A DNA stretch of 57,237 bases, filler included, from Sphacelaria rigidula (taxonomy: Eukaryota), in the NCBI GenBank assembly GCA_964200075.2. It is 4 parts of 4 records of this genome, joined end to end, with 100 filler letters (N's around TTAATTAATTAA, not from the genome) between each part and the next. Parts side by side here need not be neighbours in the genome. Positions count along the whole stretch, not along the records: positions 14,339 to 28,572 come from CAXNAA020002365.1; positions 28,673 to 42,905 come from CAXNAA020002366.1; 2 more parts are not named here. One strand, 5' to 3'. The notes under the pieces are model-generated. The model did no database searches, was not told the origin of the DNA, and saw only the letters and a program-made list of their open reading frames with translations. The position numbers and the translations under genes are program-made. Below are positions 25,501 through 36,153 of the stretch, piece by piece. The number at the start of each line of letters is the position of its first letter. The first letter of the stretch is position 1.

Positions 25501-28149
25501 ACTGTGTCCGGATATAGTATCGTATGCCAATTGCTTCAGCTTCCCGTTGGTTAAATCAAATTGAAACGGTACACCTACAGCCAGTTTTGGAGGTTCGTTG
25601 CGTGGAGTCAAATACCGGAAGATTCGTATCTTGTTCTCAACGGAATCCGGTTTCTATCGTTGAAATTGGGAGGATGTTAGTAGCGAGCAATATATGTTTT
25701 TTTGGACATTCATCGGCGCGGCGCAAGAGGGTTGATCGTCTCATTCGCAACACCAGAATGCCATGGAAGCGCCTGTGTGTACCCGTGGGCGGGGTGGTTG
25801 ATTGATTTATTTTCGAGACAATGAACCCGTCCCAGGACACGGGAGGAGAGGAGAGGTTTTGAAGTATGACATGACGGACAATAAAAAACAGTGGAAATGA
25901 AAGATGACTTCTTTCCTGACGTTTGGCACCTTCGTGTGTGTTGATGTTGATGTTGATGTTGATGTACCATGAACGGCCCTGTTATTTTTGTTCACGTATG
26001 CTCACTGCGGTGTCTCCGGTCTGCTATCCGGGACAGGCGACATTTGTATCACACCCTGAACAAATAGATAGCATTGACAAAAAAGTGTATTGTGTGTATG
26101 ATCGAATCTATTTATTGTAGGTTGCAACACACACTAGATCCGATACTGTATGCAGTGCATTTTTTCCCATTGTTGTCTGATGTCCGGTGTGGTTTATACA
26201 AGTGGAGTCAGTGTCATATCCCACTTCCCCCCTCCCCCCCCCCAGTCCCTCGAAGTGTAGTCCTGGCTCCTGAGTTTCCTCGGTAAATGCTGACGGTACG
26301 CATCAGGTTCAAAAGCTGGTGAACAACTGGCTAGTGGCAACGTCGTTTAGTATCGGAGTTGCGGATACTGTGGCTGATACGGAGACGATTATGACGATCG
26401 GGAGCATCATCGATACGGCCAAGAGGTGAGAGTTGGGGCAGGGAAAAATTACGAGGAGTGTGAGGAAAAATAATAGGTGTCAGAGAGTGTTGAAAGAGAA
26501 AAAACCGGAAGAAACAATGCGGTATAATCTATTATAATTGACGATGACAACATGATAATAACAACAGTTGTTCGTCGGAACAGTTCATGCGCGATAGCGA
26601 TAGCGGTAGCGGAGCAAGCGAGGGAGAGGGGAGGGGGGAGGGGGGTGGGATGGGGGGTCAATCATGCGGGAGAGCGTAGCTGTCCTTTATGTAGCCGATG
26701 ATAAATGTGTAGTACAGTACCTTCGCGACAAAAAAAGCATGTACATAACATTGTTTTGAACCGGTGGAGCATGACAGATGATTATATTTTAAATATGCTT
26801 CCGCCCGAGGATGCTTTATATCTTGAACGGTTCTAGGCTTCGTCGTGAGCGGGGTTTCAAGAAATGCATGTGCGAGTTGTACTTGTAGATTTTTTTGTTT
26901 GGTTCTGGTTTTTCGTTGATTGATTGTCGTACATTATCAACTCAGATGAAGAGAAATTCCGTCCCCGTGGCAAACGTCATACTGTAGTAGACAACGGCCG
27001 ATAAGGCAAAATGGCTACTGCGCGGCTATTTTTTTCAAGTTTTAGTGTACTTTTGAGGGCCCTGCATATCTACACGCCAGTGTAGGGTGGTCATTTTCCA
27101 AGGTTGACGTTCATTTTTCAAAGGGCACGTGATTATTGATTCTACGGGTGGGCATGCACACACGGGCGCTGCAAGAAACAGACCGTGCATAGTTCATTAT
27201 GTGATCGTCAAGGGGGGGACTTCATGGTCGTTACTGCACTGTTATTGTTGTCATTCACGTTTGGGCGCTGTAAGGACCAAACTGTGCATGATTCACGATG
27301 TGATTGTTAGCGGGAGACCTTATGATTGTTGCTGTTACTGTTGTTGTTGTCGTTGACGTTGACGTTGCTGTGTGTAAATTACAGGAACGTGCAGTCGTTG
27401 GTTGAACAGGGTCAAAAGGGAGAGCTCACCATGCAACCCGGCAAGAGTATGATGGAGAGTCTAGAGGCGTCGATCAACAAGGTAAGGTGCTAGTAGGTGC
27501 GGATTTTTTCATGGTGCTTCGATCACAGCACTATTTTCACCCTTGGGGGGAGGGGAGGGGTGGTGATGATGATGATAATCATGTTGGTGATGATGATGCT
27601 GGTGCACACGTCGGACAACCCGCGAGCTACCTGGATATAACTTGTTATTCGAGTACTGGTCCGGATCATGAGCTTGCTCAGTTGGGCACTATTTCCGTAT
27701 TAGCTCTCGACAGCCATGGACGCCGAGCACGCCGTGTAGCGGGAAGGTGAGGCTTTGACTTCTCGGGCACTGCTGTCGCGTGTCTTGTGTTCTTGTACAA
27801 TGGATCTGAGAATTTTCTTCGATTAGTTATTTCAGGTAGATCATGAGCTGTCGGACGTGTGTGAATGAATGGTGGTGGCGATGATGATGGTGACAGTGAC
27901 GTGACGCAGGCATTCAGTGTACTGTACCACAAGCACACGCATTACATGACGTTTTTTTTTCGCTGATGCGTGATTAGTTACGTTATTTTGGCGTTTTTTT
28001 CGTTGCGGGAAAAAAACGCACGCGCACAGGTGCTGAATACAGCTCGAGATGAGTCGGGAACATCGGCGCAGGTCAGTCTTAATGAACGGAACGCGGTGAA
28101 GGCCATGGCCGACGCTGGATCCAAGGGATCTTTCATCAACATCTCACAG
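15011..28149 (+). CDS. RPB1: DNA-directed RNA polymerase II largest subunit, partial gene (13 internal exons; 5' end and C-terminal half including the CTD lie off the scaffold)
   Basis: GT-AG exons splice in frame. They contain [81 protein letters not shown] and [12 protein letters not shown], matching Pol II-type RPB1. Confidence 0.97.
15215..15577. mobile_element. hAT-type MITE in an RPB1 intron
   Basis: TIRs cagtgatgggtatcg / cgatacccatcacga. 8-bp flanks gtatgcac / gtgttcac match at 6/8. Many tatcg/cgata subterminal motifs. Confidence 0.82.
15999..16297. mobile_element. MITE with ~37-bp imperfect TIRs, containing CCCTAACCCTAACCC
   Basis: agtttaccggcgttgggct..aatgttcatggttga versus tcaaccatggacgtt..agcccaacgccggtgaact. 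Confidence 0.8.
17179..17463 (+). CDS. RPB1: RPB1 exon ([10 protein letters not shown]...SEDDLTHQL)
   Basis: cag| ... |gtgagg, 285 nt; [19 protein letters not shown] motif. Confidence 0.96.
17604..17709. mobile_element. ~105-bp piggyBac-like MITE family copy (others at ~17822-17922, 30550-30650, 36301-36406, 38547-38631)
   Basis: Shared core ggta(c/g)tccatctgga(t/c)catgcata...ttca..tg.aa.tgatgccgatt. Ends approximate TTAA-CCC...GGG-TTAA. Confidence 0.72.
18407..18505 (+). CDS. RPB1: RPB1 exon ([10 protein letters not shown]...LLQYK)
   Basis: tttcag| ... |gtcggt, 99 nt, in frame with its neighbours. Confidence 0.93.
19308..19359 (+). mobile_element. LINE 3'-terminal fragment in an RPB1 intron
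   Basis: aatggtcacacgactaaggcaggcaatgaatgagtacgccccccc, flanked on both sides by C tracts. Confidence 0.85.
19458..19649 (+). CDS. RPB1: RPB1 exon (VAALFDNE...DPNLGIDQ)
   Basis: tag| ... |gtggga, 192 nt; [13 protein letters not shown] motif. Confidence 0.97.
20006..20082 (-). mobile_element. LINE 3'-terminal fragment in an RPB1 intron
   Basis: G run followed by tgtactcatttgttgcttgccttagtcgtttgaccattgaccacgcatcccttccgagactgagca. Confidence 0.88.
20601..20894 (+). CDS. RPB1: RPB1 exon (VGVPRSIA...MGHRVK)
   Basis: aag| ... |gttcgt, 294 nt; FNRQPSLH motif. Confidence 0.97.
21331..21426 (+). CDS. RPB1: RPB1 catalytic exon ([32 protein letters not shown])
   Basis: aag| ... |gtgggc, 96 nt; invariant NADFDGD metal-binding motif. 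Confidence 0.98.
21865..21960 (+). CDS. RPB1: RPB1 exon ([10 protein letters not shown]...PVMGIVQ)
   Basis: tag| ... |gtacgg, 96 nt. Confidence 0.95.
22518..22560. repeat. (TGTTGC)n microsatellite upstream of an RPB1 acceptor
   Basis: Seen directly; similar tracts at 17474-17543 and 18033-18089. Confidence 0.95.
22583..22759 (+). CDS. RPB1: RPB1 exon ([10 protein letters not shown]...[13 protein letters not shown])
   Basis: cag| ... |gttggt, 177 nt. Confidence 0.96.
23142..23210 (+). CDS. RPB1: RPB1 exon ([23 protein letters not shown])
   Basis: Polypyrimidine tract plus cag| ... |gtgaga, 69 nt, fills the gap in frame. Confidence 0.9.
24553..24684 (+). CDS. RPB1: RPB1 exon ([11 protein letters not shown]...TRLFMNL)
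   Basis: cag| ... |gtgagc, 132 nt; KKTVG...GLIH motif. Confidence 0.95.
24797..25288 (-). mobile_element. ~500-nt SINE-like element (RPB1 intron)
   Basis: Full-length copy of the same family; G-rich flanks on both sides of the plus strand. Confidence 0.87.
25316..25479 (-). mobile_element. 5'-truncated copy of the SINE-like element, in tandem with the previous copy
   Basis: gggtgtactcaggatcttg...caagtcgcatcaaggggtga matches the family 3' third. Confidence 0.85.
26307..26425 (+). CDS. RPB1: RPB1 exon (VQKLVNNWL...FSIGVADT...AK)
   Basis: cag| ... ag|gtgag, 119 nt, ends in phase 2. Confidence 0.95.
27385..27481 (+). CDS. RPB1: RPB1 exon (RNVQSLVEQ...[15 protein letters not shown])
   Basis: cag| ... 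|gtaagg, 97 nt, completes the phase-2 Arg codon. Confidence 0.94.
28030..28149 (+). CDS. RPB1: RPB1 exon (VLNTARD...[12 protein letters not shown])
   Basis: cag| ... |gtgaga, 120 nt; funnel-region GSKG motif. Confidence 0.96.
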
Positions 28150-28572
28150 GTGAGAGCGTGTCTTTGCTTGCTTGCTTGCGCGAGCGAGCTGGCGGGCGGG
28201 CGGGTTGACAGGCTGCCGAGGGGGTGGTATTAGCTCTTGATGAGCGTTCGACACGTAGACACTGATTCAGTCTGACAGCTCCTCTCCCGATGTGAGCGGC
28301 CGAACGGTTCAGAACAAAACAAACAAGAATTGAATGGTGATATCAGGGAGCTAGTGGGCAGCTGGTGGCGACGTCTCCGAGACCCGCTGTCATTCTAGAT
28401 GGGTTCATACAATCCACGCCCTCTCCCCTCCCCCCGAACTCTATACTGTCGACTGCCCCCACTTTTTTTTTTTGCATTTTTTCGCCGATCTCGTCTTTTC
28501 TGACGCCCGATCGATGCCTTCGTGTCCGATGTGTGCGTGCGTGCGATTGGTTCTTGTTTTCCTCTCCCCCCC

Positions 28573-28672
28573 NNNNNNNNNNNNNNNNNNNNNNNNNNNN
28601 NNNNNNNNNNNNNNNNTTAATTAATTAANNNNNNNNNNNNNNNNNNNNNNNNNNNNNNNNNNNNNNNNNNNN
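28573..28672. other. Artificial scaffold linker (N44-TTAATTAATTAA-N44)
   Basis: Same 100-bp structure; separates the RPB1 scaffold from the RPB2 scaffold. Confidence 0.98.
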
Positions 28673-28736
28673 AACCCCCCAACTCAACCATCAGAAGGTT
28701 ACGAGGTTACCAACTGAGCCACCGGGGCGACCGGCT
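28673..28736 (-). mobile_element. tRNA-derived SINE head, cut by the scaffold end (RPB2 intron 1)
   Basis: Reverse complement agccggtcgccccggtggctcagttggtaa: a canonical A box, same head as 36154. Confidence 0.75.
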
Positions 28737-29300
28737 ATATACTCGGCCAAAACTATTCAATCAATGGCGAATATGAGGTGTAATAACCGTTCACGCAGGT
28801 CTAAACACATGAAGTTGTTGTTCGTAACACACTTCTCAATACTAACGCAAGCACCTGCACATCAAGACAAAGGTTCTAGTAAGATCAAAGCTCGTAAGAG
28901 AACGGCGGCGCGCCCTCTGCGCCAGGTTGACAGGGGGGTTCAGTGGGTTCAACTCCCACACTGCCTTGATAGGGAAATCACGAGGCGCCTACCCCACATG
29001 ACTGCCGCCAGGCAGTGTAGCCGAGCCTCCGGGTAATCAGCCCACGAACCCGATTGCGGGGTAAGTATTAGGTCAGGTTTCCTCCTTCCTTCAAGGAAGG
29101 AAGTTAAAAACCAAGACAACGGTGCATGACACGGCGCGTTCCGAATCCGCACACATATCCAGCACAGTGCCGTTTCTTTCTCTTCATCCCCTACGGGTAC
29201 ATAGTCATGTCCTTGCTTGCCTACAACACAAAAAAAAACAAAGTAAACCCGTGCATCGTACAGAACAATCGCCGCATAACGTCACACGCAGAATCTTCAC

Positions 29301-29687
29301 CTCATCGAATGAATCCAGCTGCTGCCGGACCAAGCCCTTCTCGCTGAAATACGCGCTGATGACAACCCACGCATCTTCCTGCGATATGTCCTCCTCCAAC
29401 GGATCCAACTCCTCTTCGTCATCCTCCATCATGCCGTCCCCCATCGCCCCCCCTCCCGCCCCGTACTGGTTGTACTCATCATCTTCCCCATCCCCCATCC
29501 CGCCCGCCCCTACACCATTCACGTCTCCTTCAGGGTCATAATCGCCATAGTCTCCCTCCTCGACAGCCCCCCCTGCGGCATCGTCGCCGGCGGCGTATAC
29601 GTCATCATCTGCTACCTCATCCGCCGGCAAAACATCTCCTGCGGCGCCGCTGCCTTCGCCGTACTCTCCGTCGTCTTCGTACGACAT
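29301..29687 (-). CDS. RPB2: RNA polymerase II second-largest subunit, exon 1 (129 aa); no further exon found on the scaffold
   Basis: ATG at 29687. Ends [29 protein letters not shown]|gtgaag, the conserved RPB2 N-terminal block. Confidence 0.93.
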
Positions 29688-30549
29688 TTTCGGTGCTGTT
29701 CCTGTTGGATGCACCTCGTCTCCCTCTTCTCTGCCAGTGCTTGCTGCTGTCTAATCACGTGCAAAATGTTCCTATATATCGTTCGATTTTTGTCTCTTAC
29801 TATCTACAGAATCCCCTCCTCCTTTCAATTGAAACAGCACGCTCCTCTTATGGGTGTGGCGCCTGCTCGTGAGATAGACTCCTGAATTGGAAAATGACTG
29901 TACCGCACCAGCACCCAACCTACACGAAGGCTTGCTCCTGCCCCCTTTTCCTCTCTGTTGTTCCTCTTCTGCCAACTGGCTTCGAATGCGTCGTCCACAC
30001 CCCCCCCTGCCTCCTGGCTTGCTCCCCCCCTCTGCAGCTTTGGCCCTGCTGGGTTGAAATTTCGGGAGCCTCAGTTCAGACGGTAGTAGCCCAAACCGCT
30101 CTCAGAAAATTAGCCACCTCGTCCCACCCTCCGACCGCGGTACCCGCTGCCGGTGTGTCGAAAGAATCTTCCGGTTCTATGCCTTGGGAGTATTTGCCTT
30201 GGCTCCCTAGCGTTAGGCGCGGGCGCAAAATCGGCAGCGTTTTGTGGGTATTGGATGGTTTGCTGTACAAATGGTACAGCTAGTGCGTGGGGCAGAACAC
30301 AGACCACTTGAACTGCGAGATTTTATTATCTTGGGGGAGGCTAGGGTGGGCGTTTTTTTCTTTATGCAAGAAACCGCCGTGTACAGAGTGAGTGAGATGA
30401 CCAGTAGCATGGGGTGAGGGGGAAAAAGCACGAAGACATTTTTTGCGTAAAAGGGCATTTAACAGGTGGGGAGCAATAAAACAATAATTTGTGTTTATAT
30501 TGGTGCTCCGTAAATTTGCAATGTACGAATAAGGATGCGACAGTGTTTT

Positions 30550-30650
30550 TTAACCTCGAGGGTAGTCCATCTGGACCATGCATATATATTTTTCACATGA
30601 ACTTGATGCCGATTCCATCGGATGACCTACTCTTGCTGTCTAAGAGTTAA
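30550..30650. mobile_element. ~100-bp piggyBac-like MITE family copy
   Basis: Bounded by ttaa on both sides, with the same core as the 17604 copy. Confidence 0.72.
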
Positions 30651-32324
30651 AGACGAGAACACAGAACGAACACGACCGGTGTAATAAGCCGGAACCATTT
30701 CGCAGTAGGCTACCGTTCAGATCCCTTGTGTTTTACCTATTACAAAGGTCAGATTTTGCCGCCCATCTTTGAAAAAGCGAATAAAACTCCTCGGGAACGT
30801 GACCAGTGCGGACAATCGTTCAAATAGAGCCAGTGTGGCAAGAGGTTCAACACAACTTTTCTTTCCCGCCTCATGTCCAATCCGCCTTCGAGGGCTATAT
30901 CACTGTACTGACACATAAGAAACTTCTGGCGGTGCCAATCAAGTGGGCCTTTTGCATTTGCTGGCTGACTGCTGTACATGGCACTCCATAGTGATATCCA
31001 CGAAAAACGGCAGAAACGGGTACTGTACTGTAGCTTAGTATTATTAAATCCAAAAATACAGAATGGCCACGGGATCGATCATTAAGTACTAGTGCCGAAC
31101 AGTAGTTGTCTACACTGTTTGTAGGTCGATCAACGCCGTCTCAAGTCAATCAATTAGGTCACAAAACTGCACACACGGTACGGTGCTGTCGTGTGGCAGA
31201 TGCATGCTCAAGGGTGTGTATGCACAAGGGTGCCACTTTGTTGGATCAAGATAAGGACGTGCTGTGGTCGCTTGCTTGACCCTTCGCCAGAGATACTTGC
31301 TTTTTACCGCTGATGCTTTTGCTATTTACCTTATACTCACCGCAATGATCTCCATAGAACAGCGCAGCACTGTACAGTAGGTCTTGTAGACTACCAGTGA
31401 GAGAGTTCGGCGCCTCATTGCCTCACCTGCTTTCATGGAGGGATGGCCCATCTGCATCTACAGTAGAGAAACACCGGGTGACTCACGCGACCATTGCACC
31501 GTACTATCAACCACACAACACGTGAAGAGGGGTGCAGCGTTTTCATCAACCACGACTCTGATCTGCTCTGCTAGGCTTGACCTCCGGCTGACTGTTCTTG
31601 CGCATTATAATTAATTGCTCTCCGGCAGGAAGCTATGCATCGATCGCTCAAGTCTACAAACACGAGGCCTGAGCCTGGCCTGGCCTGGCCTGGCCTATAC
31701 ATTTTGGTAGCCCGTTGCTGTACCTGTTGTTGCCTCCCCAACATGGCGAAAACGTGAAAACCCGCGATAAAAATGGACACCGCCTATCAAGAAGTGGAGA
31801 ATCACCAAACCTCTTGTACTATAAAAAAATCGATGACCTACACATCCCAAGGGCACACAGCAGTATAACGTAATTACAGCAAGACACATCCGAGCTCACT
31901 GCAACCCGGAGGCCTGTCCGGGGGTGTCACAGCCAGGTGCTCGCAGCCAGCAACACTCCAAAGGAAAAATCACGAACGCCAACCAGCACGAAATAACCTT
32001 CGCTATTCCTCTGACGTAAAAAAAATTAGACAATCAAAATGTCATACCTTTACTGCACTCTAAACGCTGCTTCCAATTGCTTTCGCAGAGAACGGCCTGC
32101 TGCACTGCTCCGCCCGGTGATGCACTAGCGATTTGAGCTGGAAGATTCAAGAATAACCCAAAGGTAATAGAAACTTCAGATAATCATGACTTTGTTTCAC
32201 GGGGACATTCGGCCGTTCGATCGCCTGATCGCGTTATGACCGTGTCATTTGATTAAAATGTTTTTTTTCTCCACCATCGGTATATGTTTGTTGCATTTCG
32301 CCACTCTCACGCATTATTATATAG

Positions 32325-32798
32325 GCCGGACCGCTGACGAGGATGATGCAGCGTCGCACGGTATCTTTTCGGCACAGCTCTTACGACAAGCCCGGAGGTT
32401 CTGTCAAGTCTACAAGGTAAGGGTAACACGGACGTAACAGGGCGGGGGCACGTGCTGGAAGTTTATTTGTTTTGCACATGTTGGAGAGCTCTCCTTGCGT
32501 GTGTTTGTGCGCCTTCTAGTTCGATCTCACATGAGATTGACATTTCGAGGGGGAACTATCATACCTACAGGAAGTATATGTACTGTCTGCAGCAATGCAC
32601 AACGGACATTGTCAAAACAAAAGAAGGAGGATCTGGGGCGTGTATATTTTGCAACAGACAATCAACTTCCGGTTGGACAGCGCCGACAAAGTCTACCAGT
32701 GCACGGTGCACTACAACCAGTCAGTACAGGCAGTTTTGCGTCCCGTAGCCTACGTGGGGGTGTACAAAGAAAAGGGACCCGCACAAGGGATGCACGTG
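32325..32798 (+). CDS. Two putative exons of an unknown gene (32325-32416, 32658-32798)
   Basis: tag|...|gtaagg and cag|...|gtgagg, phase-compatible: RTADEDDAASHGIFSAQLLRQARRFCQVYK+TINFRLDSADKVYQCTVHYNQ...; no recognised domain. Confidence 0.35.
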
Positions 32799-35700
32799 GT
32801 GAGGATCAAGATCTAACGGCGAATTAAAATGTATACTTGGCGCTTTGAAGTACAACAGTACATGGGTGTCCGCCAAAATTTCGAAAAGATTCGGATATTT
32901 AGTTGGTGAAGTTCACGAAGCGTCTGACATACATCACTTGCATATCTTGAACTTGACTTTGAAAGAACTACTCACCCACTGTAAAATTGAAAAGGTACCC
33001 GTGTCTGTCGTGCAGTGGAGGATACTGTGCTGCACCAATACTGACTGGACTGCACTTTACTGTCCCTCCAGCATCTAGTTTTGCACGCCGTGTAGCATCG
33101 TACACCGCCGTCTACCCTATAGCCCCCACCCCGCCCATTCATTCGACCCGCTCGGTCAGGAATCGTCCGAAAATCCCTCATCTCGGATAAAGACATGAAC
33201 ACAACTTTCTCGAGAGCTTGGAAAAGCCACAAATAATCCAAGAATTACCACCAGAATGCCAAAAATAATGCCTTTCGTCAAGGTTCCCCCCTCGTTTGTA
33301 TATATGCCACATCCAGGCAGGTGCCATGTACTGGCGAGTCTGACTGTGTCATGTAATTCCCCGATGGCTACTCGATGCTGAACACGATAAGCTGCTGGTT
33401 GAGTTGTCGTTCGCGGTGGCCATGCCCTCATCAGAGTTTCCACTGCACGTGAGGTCTCCTCCCTGTTTGGAACGAAATTCGTGATGGGGAACATGGGATG
33501 GGGAGGATGGTTGCTTATCGAGAGCCCTGAAATCTCAGTGCATTTATTAGAGGTTGACCAGAAAGCTGGTATCATGTCCAAGCCTCTCTTCCTTCTTTCC
33601 TTCCTACTGTGACGTGAAGAATTCATGTGTAAACAAGAACGAAGATGAGACATCGTGAACACAGACAGGGTGCCCTGTATTGTCCATGGATCTAGTGCAG
33701 GTATTGCTGTACTTTTATATTATCGACACACAGCTCGTAGGTCAAACTGGGGTTATTTTTTAACCCTTTTTCCATGTTATGTCACGAGTACTTGTACTTG
33801 AACGCGCAACAACAAAGATGTGCACCAAACCTCAACACCCCCAACAAGTTGGAAAAAAAATCCGGAACTTATGACGAGCCTAGACAATTGCACTGCAAAT
33901 AGTGACGTCGTACACACAATGATTTGGATTCGAATACATAGTTGTTCGTCTTCTGACAACATCAGAGTTGGAATTGACATGTGGCCATCGTAAGTTTATG
34001 TCGGAAGTCGTGCAGCTTGTGGCGGTTTTTGTTGTTTTATTAGGGCTATGCCCGCGTTTCTCGAAGAGGTATGTCAATGTGTAATCGCACACTCTGCTGC
34101 CAGAATAACAGAAGCGAAACAACGGATGGCACTACTGTTTGCTCGTAGCGGATGTATTTCACACCATTCATCAGTAGTAGATTGTGGTGTGCTGTCTGCA
34201 ACTGGCAGTCTGCTTCAAGTACGAGAGCCAGTGTCAAGACAGCAGGCGTGCCCAGTCCCCGTTGCACAGTACGGTGTGAAGAAAAGTTACCCCCCATGTT
34301 CGCCCAGTCAACGTACAGGTGAAAATAAAATGCCTGTGACAGGTGGTGGTAAATAGCAGTACATTTGGGTAGTACACATACCCCGTCGATCATTTTCGAC
34401 GATTGGTTGCTCTTGGGCGACAAGCCCTTCGATAGCCCGCCGGATAACCCTACTCACCACTATTCAGGCAAAAAACCCTCGGGTAACGGAAAGGGTCTAT
34501 CTGAAAGGGCGAAGGATGTGTCCACTCCCCGTTGTGCATTGTTCTGCATGACGCAAAACATTGGCACGCGCGCGTTGAGTTTCATCTTTCCGAAATTGAA
34601 TGAGAGACGGACCGCCTATAATGATGATTCTGTAATGGATGGATGGATCGATGCCACGAATGATATATTTTTCTGTTTCATACACCACGATAAATACACT
34701 CGACAACGAGAGATGATGGCTGGTACCGATTTGAAGCATGCCATTCCAATCTTCGCTGCCTCGGACTTCCCTTCGAATCTTCACCTTCATTTTCTTTTGG
34801 CCATCACGAACCCTACAGACAGTCAGCGGAACTTATCTTCTTCCGCTTAAACTGTCAGAGCCCTTGCTGCAGGCTAAACGGATGGGCTTTTTGAAAGGGG
34901 GTTCAAAATTGTTATCTGTTAGTTGTGAAGGACAAGGCTTGCACGTGAGAGGTTTATCCAACTCGAGTTTCCCTTGCGTTACTCGTATGACAGAAACCTA
35001 CTGTCAAATATCGAACAGTCAAACGGTCTGTCGCCAAGCGAACTAGCCTACGCCATGAATATTCGTGCATGCATATGCCGCGGCCAGTAGCAAAATACCG
35101 TCTCAGTGTACACGGCAACAACAGCCATGATCGCACCAACCAATTCATGGCGTGCTGTGGACCAAACGCATGGACGTTGAGTGGATCGATGTTGTCCCCA
35201 TTTGCATCACCTGTACATGACTACGTGATCATGCATAACGAAAAATCAAGCGCGCACACTCGAGAGAAAAATTCAGGATCCCTCATGTGTGTCGTCATCC
35301 CGTATGTTGTTGATGCCAGTTTACACCTTCCGGTACATGTGGGCTCATCGGCCGGGGTCAGACAGGAGGAAGGCCAACGCAGCAGTCTTTTATTTTATTT
35401 TAGCACTTCATCTTCCTCTTGCCGTGTCGATCGAGACAAAAAAGCGATATGCAATTATCAATCATGACAAACTGGACGATGTGGCGGTTCGCAAGCTCAG
35501 AGTCACGACCCGACATTCACACGCGGACAGAGCAGAAATTCCCGGCGAGGTGGTCATCGTGCGTGAGGTGTACCGGCATTCTCCCAATGTCGGAACGCGG
35601 ACCGTCGCTCGCAGAAGCGGCAGCAGCAACATTAGCAGTACTACTGAACAAGCTGATTGAGCCCCACCCCCGACCGCACACAGCTGCTGCTACTGCTGCT

Positions 35701-36153
35701 GCTATCGCTGCTTCCATTACTCGTTTGATAATCAGTCCACGTGTCGACCGTACGACCATGCCGATGACCCTTGCTCGTGGTCGGTGTGCTGGCGGGAATC
35801 TCTGCCCATTCTACAGGCCGAAGGGTCCATACTGAGAGTAATAACTGTGCACCTATGACAGGCGTACGTGTGATCATGAACCAAACAGCAACCAATTTGG
35901 TATCATTTCTTTGTATCATCCGAATGTTCCTCCGTGCTCACAAAAATATACTGAAAAATTCTTTCATATAATTGAACGATTCCGAGGGCGATGAGAATAG
36001 ATCACAGACCGTATATTTATTTTACTGTTATATATTGGGGGCGTTCGACACGGTGAAGGACGGGGGGGGGAGCACTCTCCACTTTTGGGGTATTGTTGTT
36101 GTTGTTGTTGTCTTCGCATTGAAAACCATTCCGATATCTGCGGAGTATACAGA

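Noticed and set aside
15011-29687. RNA polymerase gene cluster or giant-virus-like RNAP pair
   Set aside because: Separated by an artificial linker between length-sorted scaffolds; both are intron-containing nuclear Pol II genes.
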